From Tubulanus polymorphus (taxonomy: Eukaryota; Animalia; Nemertea): DNA of 64,000 nt. Shown here one piece after another: positions 15,835 to 45,477 of this stretch; positions within the stretch are counted from its first letter, which is position 1, and the number at the start of each line of letters is the position of its first letter. The notes below the pieces were generated by a model. The model had not been told where the DNA came from, ran no database searches, and saw only the letters and a program-made list of their open reading frames with translations. The position numbers were made by a program, and so were the translations under genes. Location of the stretch: NCBI RefSeq assembly GCF_964204645.1, contig NC_134029.1, positions 24,768,534 to 24,832,533 on the forward strand, in the 5' to 3' direction.

Positions 15835-16740
15835 GTGCAGGGGTGTCCCGGGTTCAAACCGAGTAATTACTGACACTGATTCAGAATGGTGCTGATGCCG
15901 AATAGAGGATGTGCAGGGGTGTCCCGGGTTCGAACCCAAATTTGGTACACTAACATATGTCGACTCTGGCAGTCTAGGGTTACGGTGTAGCGGGATTGCC
16001 AGGATTGACTTATTATTTATAACTGGGTTTGAACCCGGGACACCCCTGTATCCTCTATTCAGCATCAGGACCACTCTGAATCAGTGTCAGTAGTTACTGG
16101 ATTTGAGCCGGGTACACCCCTCTATATCCTCTATTCAGCTTCAGTACCACTCTGAATCAGTGTCAGTAATTATCGGGTTCGAATCCGGGACATCCGCATA
16201 GTTTAAGATAAGATAAGATAGTTTATTACACTCCAACTAAAACTTTTGGTACATAGAATAATGATGCTATGATCGCCATCTATTGGATTTTGGATGAACT
16301 GACTAGATGCTCTTATTTGTCTCACTGACTCTTCTTTAGTGGGTTGAAATCACACTCGCCATCTGGTGGATTTCTATGCTACTACAGTCTAATGATGGTT
16401 ATATCCACCAGATGGCGAGTGTGATTTTAACGGATTAAAGAACAGTCAGTGAGACCAGTAAGAGCTGTCTAGTCAGTTCAGGCAAATTCCAATAGATGGC
16501 GATAACGGTAGAAAATCTTGATATCATCTCGTCGGACACGCCTGTAAATCCTCTATTCAGCACCAGGACCACTCTGAATCAGTATCAGTAATTACCTGGT
16601 TCGAACACGGGACAACCCCGTACATCCTCTATTCGGCATCAGGACCACTCTGAATCAGTGATTACTGGGTTGGAACCCGGGACACCCCTGTACATCCTCT
16701 ATTCAGTATCAAGACCCCTCAGGGTATCAGCAATTACTGG
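15835..16740. repeat. ~80-bp diverged satellite with orientation switch
   Basis: Units containing GGGGTGTCCCGGGTTCGAACC and CTGACACTGATTCAGA; the first two copies are inverted relative to later copies (GGTTCGAACCCGGGACACCCC). Confidence 0.8.
16272..16503. repeat. Long imperfect palindrome with four CTCF-like motifs
   Basis: ~100-bp arms ATCGCCATCTATTGGA...CACACTCGCCATCTGGTGGAT / ATCCACCAGATGGCGAGTGTG...TCCAATAGATGGCGAT. Confidence 0.85.
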
Positions 16741-16929
16741 ACTTCCACATGACATCAAAAACTAACTCGATCGCTTTTGAATGAATGAAAATATATTTGA
16801 ATCATTTAACAGAAATTACAATTAAATATAGAAATTAGTTACATACAACAATCACAAAATGCATAGATTAAAGTCATTGTATCACAAATGAAAGGCTGGC
16901 TATGTCCCTACTATCAGCACCAACTGTTA

Positions 16930-35909
<18,980 letters not shown>

Positions 35910-36530
35910 TTTGAACCAGTCACATGATTATTTATTAGATGGCATCATAGAAACGGGGTCGTCATTGGCAGGGACGTTACGGGCTTGGGGTCTTCTATTC
36001 ACCAGCTTGTCGGGAGGCATTAAGAGTGCAAACTGATTGCACCTTGAAGCGGAACGGTGATGAATTCAAATCGATGTAGCAAGGTCAGAATGATTGAGAA
36101 AGCTTTAATCGATACCAATTCCTATAAATTCGAATAAAAATCGCTTTAAAAATTGCTTGAATTTGTGTGAAGAGAAAACAACGTTCCAGATTGTCTTTTA
36201 GTAGTTGGTTCGTATTTTATATTGAACCCATGTAGTGAGACGACCCTGAACTCGTGATGCAGGACTGAGTTGTAACGACCCGGTTTCCACTGACGCCATT
36301 GACTGCTGTTTGAATCGAGTGAGAGCGATATTTATAATTAATTGAATCAGTGATCTACTGTTCACTAGTGGCCGCATTCATGATGAGAGTTTTGTGCAGG
36401 TTCTATTCGGTGAGTTTAATCTTTATCGCTTCAATCGAGCAGAAAAACATTAACAATGCAATTCAATTAACATTTATTGAGAGATCCCGTTGATGTCAGG
36501 TTCGAACCCGCTGTTTGATTTATTTTTCAG

Positions 36531-36973
36531 ATGTCCGCCGCTGTGAGGCCTCATGTCCCTGTTATTAGTTTCCCTCCAAGGATTGCTGTTGGTAAGAGCA
36601 AGACTTTTTCTGAAATAGATTTGATGTTGTTATATGCAGCCAAGAGCAAAAATAGTTTTTTATGTCTTTTAAAATTTTTCAGCAGAGTTAATTTGGCCTC
36701 CTAAATCACCAGCTACTAGTCAAACACCCGCTGCTGCTGCTACTTCAGGTGCGGTGGAAACTAAACCAATAGGATCAATACCTCGAGGTTCTGGGATTGA
36801 GTTTCATTTATTACCAGTTAGATACAGAAGAACTGCTCTAAGTGAAGAAGAGATTCAAACTATTAATGTAAGTTCATCACTATTAAACCTGAGGAAAGTC
36901 TTTGTATTTCTGATTGTACATGTAAAACGTAATGACTAAATTATCTATATTTCAGAATGGCGGTGCTTTATAG
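36531..36973 (+). CDS. KGD4: Alpha-ketoglutarate dehydrogenase component 4 (MRPS36/KGD4), 3 exons identified; may have an upstream exon
   Basis: VRPHVPVISFP, LPVRYRRTALSEEEIQTINNGGA*; exons 36531-36591, ~36683-36867, 36956-36973. Confidence 0.85.
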
Positions 36974-38735
36974 CTGCAATAACTTATATTCAATACAGTT
37001 TTACAGACAGTTTTTTAGATTCAGAGACAGTTTGCGATCAGGCTGCTGCCACTGTGATTAGTTTAGAATATTAGATCGTCAGGTGCTGCCACCTGGTCAC
37101 AGAGGGGAATACTAAACATGTACAGCTTCATAGATGAGTTATCAAAGTTAAGAAATTTAATAAATAATTTTTTGTTATAAATCCAATTCTGTTGTTATTA
37201 TTGTCTTCCAAGGGACAGACTATTTGTGGACCCTGATTCTGGAGGTGTGAAGATGGCAGGATAGATACCCTGCTGATAAAATCGGCCCAGGTTCAAATCC
37301 AATCTCTCCAAAACCTCCTCTGAATAATGCAGGTAACGATTCTCCATAGTCTCAGAGTGGAAGTTTAACTGGGATGTCCTGGTTTCGAACCCACCTATAG
37401 GGTCCATGATCCAGTTGAAAACCAGCGAAATCCAAAGGACAAAAACCAGCGAAATCCAAAGGACAAAACAAGCTCAAAAACAAAAATCTTTGACAAAATT
37501 CTCATATTTGAAAAATTCCAGAACAAACATATATCACAATAAATTCATCAAAATACTGATCCAGGAGGCCCGAGCCTTCATGAGGAGTCGCTATATCACA
37601 ATCAATTATATCTAAATACTGCTAGCAAGATAAATCTATAAAGTATGAAAAATATGAATTTGAAAAAACGAATAAATCTATGAAAATTAAACTTAATTAC
37701 AACAAACGATACAAGGATTCTATGATTATATAGAAAACGAAATCAAACAGAAAATGAAAAATTACCACTTTACAAATGATTAAATATTTAGAGCTTCATA
37801 AAAACAATTAATTTCACTCAATCTTTTTATCACACACTAATTATTATGCATTCCGTTTTATAGAAGATTCTTCAATTAAGAAAACATCTTTCCAGTTTTT
37901 GGAAATCGTCAAAAATTAAACTTTCATTAATATAAATCAAATCATTACATTATTTTTTGTTCATGTACATTTAAACTGGAATTATTTGAAGACACAATTT
38001 TTTTTTCATAGTATTTTTTCCCAATTCACATTATTTTAAAATATTACAGTTTTTGAAATGTGGCAATTGATTTATCACAAAATATTGTTTTCATAAAAGC
38101 ACAATTTAGCATTTCAAATTTAATACAAGATCATTCTTATATGCGTCACATAATTTCACAATTATCCCAAACAAATCACTACTGAAAGCGCATGCTTTTT
38201 AAAATCCACAGAGAATACTAAATTAGTTTTTTTTGTGTAGAATTTAAGGCAAAAATTAAAATACAAAGCACGATTAAGATAAGACCAATAATAAACATTA
38301 GAAATCACCATTTATAGATTATTGCAATTAATTAAATCAGCAAGTTTTTCATATATTTTAAACCAGAGAGCAGTTTGTGAACGGTTTATAGTCCAGACGA
38401 TAATTACTTCTTTTCTCCCTGACTTTCACCCACAAGCTTAAAGATTTCTTCAAGATTTATTCCTTCTTCGCAGACACCAAAGGCCCCGCCTGAAAAATGT
38501 AAGTGACTTCAATGTAGAACTAATAAAATAGATGAGTTAGTGGTTAGTGGTTTGGTGACATGTGAACTAGTGATTAGACCAGTTCTCAGAGACTAAATCA
38601 ATAAACTATCTACACATGATACAAATCTATAAACTTAAGAGAATACACTCTGTTTAATACACTTAGAATAATGAAAGTTCTAAGGAAGACTGTCTCAAAA
38701 AATTAGAAAAGCTGAAATCACAATTACCTTGAAGA

Positions 38736-39641
38736 TCACGATTTGTAATATGTAAAAGGCAGCATGTAAACGGTAGGCCTACTAGGTGTCGGTGATGCTG
38801 CTGCTGCTGCTGGTGGTTGGAACCTAGCTGTGAGATGAAGATGACCAGCTGCTGCTGATCTATTTGTAACTGATCTCAGACTGGGTCTAACGCGAGGCGC
38901 TCCAACAGCAGTGACCCCTCCACCGCGGGCTGAGTGGTGTCTACTGATTGTTGTCAGATCGGGAGGCTCTGAGGTGATCATCCACGCCGCACTGCCGCCG
39001 CCGCCGTGTTGAGACTCGGAGAATATCCCGAATGAATTTAGTTTACGGTTATTCCTCTTGAATCCGTCATAGAACGGACAGTATGATATTGTATGCGCAT
39101 CATCGCCAGTCGCCTGACATTTAGGACACGTGTATCTCCTCAGAACCGGGCACGTCGTTCGACCCTCTGAATCTTTTAACGCGTGGTTTCTGTAAAAAGC
39201 CGGATCCTCGCCATTATTTCGACAGAACGGACATAGAATGTCCCAGTTTCTGCGACCTGTCAGTTTTAACAGATCTGCATAGAGTTTCAGAGTTTGAGGA
39301 CCCAGTCTTCTCTGTGGAAGAAAGGGCGAAGTGCGCTGGTCTGCACCGGTCGGAGAATCGACTTGGATCGAAGCCGCTGCTGGAGTTAGTGGAGAGGTTA
39401 TAAATACGTCTCTCTCCTCGCTGCCATCCCCTCTCTTACCCGCCGGCGGGGTTGTTGTAGCCGATAATCGCGGCTCCTTTTCTAAAACTTCGGTTCCATT
39501 CCGGTAAAATTCATTGAGATCGAAATCGTCGGATGTCGAGGAATGGACGCTACTGTTTAAACTGCACAAACGATCGCGTTTCCATAACTGGAAATAATCG
39601 TTAGATATAGCGAAAGGGGATTCACCACCGCGCTTCTCCAT
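38736..39641 (-). CDS. nanos: Nanos (CCHC zinc-finger translational repressor), single coding exon
   Basis: CPFCRNNGE..YRNHALKDSEGRTTCPVLRRYTCPKCQATGDDAHTISYCP; N-terminal FQLWK resembles the NOT1-interacting motif. Confidence 0.96.
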   Translation of the reverse strand: MEKRGGESPFAISNDYFQLWKRDRLCSLNSSVHSSTSDDFDLNEFYRNGTEVLEKEPRLSATTTPPAGKRGDGSEERDVFITSPLTPAAASIQVDSPTGADQRTSPFLPQRRLGPQTLKLYADLLKLTGRRNWDILCPFCRNNGEDPAFYRNHALKDSEGRTTCPVLRRYTCPKCQATGDDAHTISYCPFYDGFKRNNRKLNSFGIFSESQHGGGGSAAWMITSEPPDLTTISRHHSARGGGVTAVGAPRVRPSLRSVTNRSAAAGHLHLTARFQPPAAAAASPTPSRPTVYMLPFTYYKS

Positions 39642-40132
39642 TATAAACCAGCAGCACTCTGAACCAACTGATCGGTCTATATAGATTGATCACTGAGTTA
39701 ACACTGACTGTCAACTTTCGCGCTGAAACAGCTGACTCTACTTTCAACTTTCAACCAATCGGCGAATGCGTACGATTCAACCAATTAGCGAACTGGACAA
39801 ACTCACTAACCCTAACCCTAACTCCCCTGAAGCGTCGACCTCATCTAGACTAATTACCCGTCACTATTTTATGAAAACATTTAACATCGAAAAAGGAAAA
39901 GGAAAATACGTTGTTTTATGTTACATGGGGGAAATCGCATCCAACCAATTATTATTTATCGTTTCGTGTTGATACGTAGCTGTTCGGGTTTTCTACTAAC
40001 CGCATCAATTGGCCAATCAAATTCATACACATTATTGACAGCGTATACCTCGCTTACCCTACACCCCCTTCAATACAATCAGCCGGTATTCAGTTCGCGC
40101 GTTTGATGGTTGCAGGGTTTATCTGGAGAAAC

Positions 40133-41532
40133 ATGAAGGTTTTAATCGGTGCTAGTTTGTTACTGGGGGCTCTGTTATTCCTGATCCTACCCACATCACC
40201 ACAGGGCGCCGCTAACGGCCCTAAAGTTACCGAAAAGGTTCGTATTAAATACACTACTAAGAATCCAATTTCATTTTATATCCCTCTAGCTCTAGCCTAC
40301 CTCATCATGCTCATCATTTGTCACACTGTTGTTTTGTAATGTGCAGGTATATTTTGATATAACAATTGGAGGTGAACCTGCTGGCAAAATTGTGATCGGT
40401 CTCTTCGGAAAAACGGTTCCAAAAACGGCAGAAAACTTTGCAACACTCGCCGAGGGAAAAAAGAAGGTAAGAATCAAGCGACCTTTAAAACTAGACCTTT
40501 TCTTGGAGGGGGCAAGGGTTAAAGCCAAGGTAGTCCGAATATCAGTTATTACGTCTCTTACAACGGTTCAGTAGCAGGCCCAGGTAGTCAGTAACCCGTC
40601 TATGGTTCAGTTTCACAATCGGATATTTTCACAAACCACTTGTTGGTATAAGAAACAGCTTACCACCAACGATAGGTAACTAACTACATATAACCATCGT
40701 TACCGACTGACTCTATATTCCCAACCTCCCCTCTCTATTTCAGGCTGGTTCGCAAACATTGACTTACGTTGATAGCAAATTTCATCGAGTGATAAAAGAT
40801 TTTATGATTCAAGGAGGAGATTTTACTCGAGGAGATGGAACCGGAGGTCGCAGTATTTATGGAGAGAAATTTGCTGATGAGAATTTTAAACTGAAGCATT
40901 ACGGAGCTGGTTGGTTGTCGATGGCAAACTCAGGCGCGGATACAAATGGATCTCAGTTCTTTATCACAACTGTTAAAACTAAATGGCTCGACGGAAGACA
41001 TGTTGTATTTGGGAAAGTTTTAGAAGGAATGGTAAGTGTATTATCAGTTTCAATTAACTTTGAGAAACGAGACAATACATGAAACCAGTCTCTACCAACA
41101 AACTAAACTAAATAGTGGGACATTGAAGCAAATAAATATAGGTTTACTGAGTCTTGAACAGATCCAACTAAATCCAGTTGACAGTAAGCAATTACCGGGG
41201 TATAAGCATCATCTAAACATTGACCCCCTCAATAGACAAAAACACTTCTAGATTCTCTTTTGGTAAATTTGAGACCGGTTTACTGGCTGGTCCAGGTCCG
41301 ATATTTAGTCAAATCAGCCGAAAATAGTCTAGAAAACAGTTAGTTGAATTTGAGACCTGCTGAATTATTGATCTCTTGTGTCTGTTTTTTTCTGTAGTCT
41401 GTTGTTCGTAAGATTGAGCAAAGTAAAACTGGTGCAAACGATCGACCGGAAAAAGATGTCGTTATTTCTGCATCGGGAAGAATGAAAGTGGAAAAACCAT
41501 TCTCCGTAGAGAAGAAAGGTGCTGATGAATAA
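40133..41532 (+). CDS. PPIB: Cyclophilin B (ER peptidyl-prolyl isomerase), 4 exons
   Basis: Signal peptide [75 protein letters not shown]; stop 41530-41532. Confidence 0.96.
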
Positions 41533-42197
41533 CACTCCTCTCACCTCACCTCATCTCATCCTATATCACTCCGAGATAATATCATTTTCATCCGTTTCAA
41601 ATACTCAAATCAACAACTCTTAGATTTCAATTTCTGAGTTCTTTTCTCAATAAAAAATTATACTGATTCATTTACCTTTGTGGATTCAAAAATGATTAAT
41701 AATATATTTTGAAATACTGTTAATATCCATATAGAAGAAACTACAAATAACGTATTAGATCAGTTATTTGGGAACGAGTTGTAAATGAATTATGTCTCGG
41801 CTCATATAATTCATGCATCTATTAAACTCATTTTGGCCTCAAATTCTTCATACAGGTTTTATACATGTAAATGTATATATATCCAATTTATGCAGCTAAT
41901 AGTAATTTTTTGTCGGAATAAAAAATCTTTTTATAATTAAATTCTTTTGTTCCATCGACATCTGTTACAGAGAAAACCTGTTACAATAGACTCTGGTACG
42001 TTGCCACGCAGCTGATTGGCACGGATTATCACGTGCCCGGGAATCTTATTATCATGTGACAAAATGTCTTAAGCTCATCCAATTCTCTAACTCAGAATTC
42101 ACTAGCAGTCTCGATGAGAATAACTGACCCCGGTTAGATCCGAGGTAATGAATGCTGAGTCTACTGTACAAGGATTATTTGGTTCTATATACCGGTA

Positions 42198-42443
42198 GAA
42201 TAGTGATCTATTCTACATCAGAAAGCCCGGCTCTAGTCCCCCAGCCGCGCGCCAGTAGAGTAGTGAGTGATCTATTCTACATCAGTAAGCCCGGCTCTAG
42301 TCCCCCAGCCGCGCGCCAGTAGAGTAGTGAGTGATCTATTCTACATCAGAAAGCCCGGCTCTAGTCCCCCAGCCGCGCGCCAGTAGAGTAGTGAGTGATC
42401 TATTCTACATCAGTAATCCCGCCTCTGGTCCCCCAGCCGCGCG
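42198..42443. repeat. 64-bp tandem repeat overlapping the PTCD2-like stop codon
   Basis: Unit TAGTGAGTGATCTATTCTACATCAGTAAGCCCGGCTCTAGTCCCCCAGCCGCGCGCCAGTAGAG, ~4 copies. Confidence 0.92.
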
Positions 42444-45192
42444 ATGATGAATCCTGTATATAACCTACAGCTGAACGTTCACGCGATTTAAAACTGTTCT
42501 TATCATTTTTCATACGATTCACTGGTTCTTCAATAAAATCATGCAGTTTCTGTTGAGTGATTAAAGCATATTTTCTCAAGTCGTCTTGAACTGTATTTAA
42601 TTTATTGATCAGGTCCGATTTATCGGTTGAATTGACGCATGATTCAATCTTTTCCAGCTACAAAATACAAATAAACACATCTCTAATAAATCTGCTGCAG
42701 TTTTATCGCTGAATTAATCATCATTTTCAAATGAAAGTTAACAATAGAGGAGGTTATGGTTGTTGGTAGCTACAGCAGGAATCACTTACAGTTTCTGGAA
42801 ATATGACTCGTCTTGATTTAACATGTTCCGGAAGATCTTCATAAAGAACGCGTGATATCATACTGATAGCATCATCGGGTCTGTTTAACGCCGCGTACGC
42901 TATCGCCTGAATATAGATACATATACGCAGTGAGAACGATCGTTACCACTAGGGGGCGTTTACAGTCAGTTTGATTTTTACCTTTACGTTCAAAGCTGCT
43001 ATAAACCGATCTTCATTTGCCGTCGCTAGAATTTCAAACGCTTCATTCGCGTGATTCTACAATAAGAGAAACTATAATCAACTTCTAACCCTAACCCTAA
43101 TACTGTCTTGAACTGGCCTCTTTCTTACTCCCCTCTCCCTCTCTCACTCCCCCCTCTCCCTCCCTCCTCTCTCTCATTCCCCCTTCTCTCTCTCTCTCGC
43201 TTTGGCCTCAAAATCATAAAACTTACATGTTGCAGACAAAGTAAAGCCCCAAATACTCGACCTCTAACGGGAACATCTGCTTTCTTATTAGTCGTCGTTC
43301 TAATAATATCAACTGCTTTTTCATAAGACTCGGGGGTATTCTGAAAATAGATGAATCAAGTGACAAACTGGACTCAGTGCTGAGGGAGGGGGTGACGAAG
43401 GTGATAGTTACCTGTTTATAACAAGCTGCCAGAGCTAGTGTTGAACAATCTCTCGGAAATCGAATACTTTGTGACAATCTTTCAGATATTTCTTCATAAA
43501 CTTTTATGACATCGTCGTATAATTTGTGTTCGTACAACAAATCCATTAGTATTAAATATGTCGACATTTGATCATAAAAATCTACTATTTCCTGTAAAAC
43601 AAAAATCCACAATTCAAATATAGCCACAAGGCAGCAATAATACTGATATTGGTGTAAATTGAATATAATTGATTAATGAGATATCGACATTGATTTCATG
43701 ATCTTTATAGGCATAATTAGATAATTTGGATGGAAAAGGATGTAATTAATGATATCTATAATTAAAATACTAACAGAGTCGTTAAATGCGTCTAAAGCTT
43801 GTCGAGGTTTCTTCAAATGATGAAACATTCTCATTACAATCGGACCAAATTGAAACGTGCCGAAATGTAATGATTTCTGAACCGCATATCTGAAAAATAA
43901 TACATCAAAATACAGAACAGTTTAACTACAAATACAGGACCCAGTGTCTCGCAGTTCTGAGCTAAAAACTGACAACTGTGGAACGCTGGGTCCGCAGCGG
44001 AATTAATGGCCAATAATAGTGGAGGTGTGTATAAATACTTTTTGATCATTTTAACAGCTGTGTCTAATTCAGAATCAGTCTCAGCGAGACTCGCTACAGT
44101 TTTTAGATCGTCAGTGAATATCGTACAGTTGTCACCGGACGCCATATAACTCTCCATACGATGAAAAAAATCGTCTGAAATAGAAAGAAAAATACAATGA
44201 AATAATGTGCGTCATATTACTGAAGTTAGTCTAGTCACCTAGCCATCGTAGGGGACCCGTTGTAGGGAACCCGTCGTAGGGGACCCGTCGTAGGGAACCT
44301 GTAACAATGACTGGTATTCAGACTATACTGAAGTCATCTCTATTTCTAATTTTAAATTTGTATTTACCATTTAATTTACTAAGTGATTGTCCCTGATTAA
44401 ATTATCCTCTCAATGGGGGCTGTTTCTTATAGTCATTGATTTGGACATAATAAATGGTCGACAATATGATTGTCCCAGACTCAGGGACCGGTTGCATAGT
44501 CATATCATATCATATCAGATTCAGGAGCTGTTAGACCACAGGCCGTTCTCCTGATCGAATCACTTCTGTTGAATTTGCCAATTTTGAATTATTACACTTT
44601 GCAAAAATCTAGCTTAGACTTAAGACTGGTGTAAGATCAACTAAGTTCTATAGCCAATCTAACAACTTAAGACCACTCTTGCGATTTAAAACCCCTTTTG
44701 GACTTAAGTCACGACTGTGCAACTCTGACCCCACCCAGCCAGGAGTTTTAGTTGGGACACTTTCATTCAGATCAATATCGACGGCCCAGTACAGTATCGA
44801 TGTATGATTTTTGACTCACCTCTCCTGGAATGAACTCTTTCACGAGTTATCATTCTCTGTCGTTTATATCCTTCCAATCCGAGAATATCATCGCTAAACA
44901 ACCCGAAATATCGACATCCTAGGTAAAAATACAAGTAAAATATATGAAATAAGACGATTTCGTTCGGTAATTATTACGATTTAGTTCCAGGAAGTCGGGC
45001 GGCATGACTCAATTATTTCATTAAAATTGCGCATTCTAACCACATATTTAGAGTAAAATCTCCCGAAACATTGAGAATCGACAATTAATCAAACATATAA
45101 CTACCTAGAGTTTGTGAAGGTTTCCTTATTTGACGGAAGAAAACAATTTTTAGCGAGCAGTTGCTCAAATTTCTCAACATGGGCGCGGCCAT
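42400..45192 (-). CDS. PTCD2: Pentatricopeptide repeat-containing protein 2, mitochondrial-like (multi-exon)
   Basis: Presequence-like MAAPMLRNLSN; IFTDDLKTV..AE, FQFGPIVMRMFH, YLILMDLLYEHKLYDDVIKVY, FPRDCSTLALAACYK; stop at 42400-42402. Confidence 0.82.
44485..44730. mobile_element. Harbinger-like MITE family member with internal insertion
   Basis: GGACCGGTTGCATAGTC ... GGACTTAAGTCACGACTGTGCAACT, matching 23227-23307. Confidence 0.55.
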
Positions 45193-45477
45193 TTTGGATA
45201 GACTGAACCCGGACATTTAGTCCGCTTCGGTGTCCGAAACCTCAGGGCTTCAATTTTTTAGATAGTATTTCAAAGGATTCTGTTATTTTAATTGAAGTTT
45301 GAATGCATTTTGAATGCAGTATAAGCCACAAATTTCTAGACAATTTTTGATTAGAAAAGCTTGCCTCCACACGACCTTGAGTATTGTAAAGTACGCGCAG
45401 TGTATGGCGTAAGGTATTCCGCGCTTTTCAATCGAAAACTAATTTAAGTGACACGACGAACAGATATCTTCAAAAAT

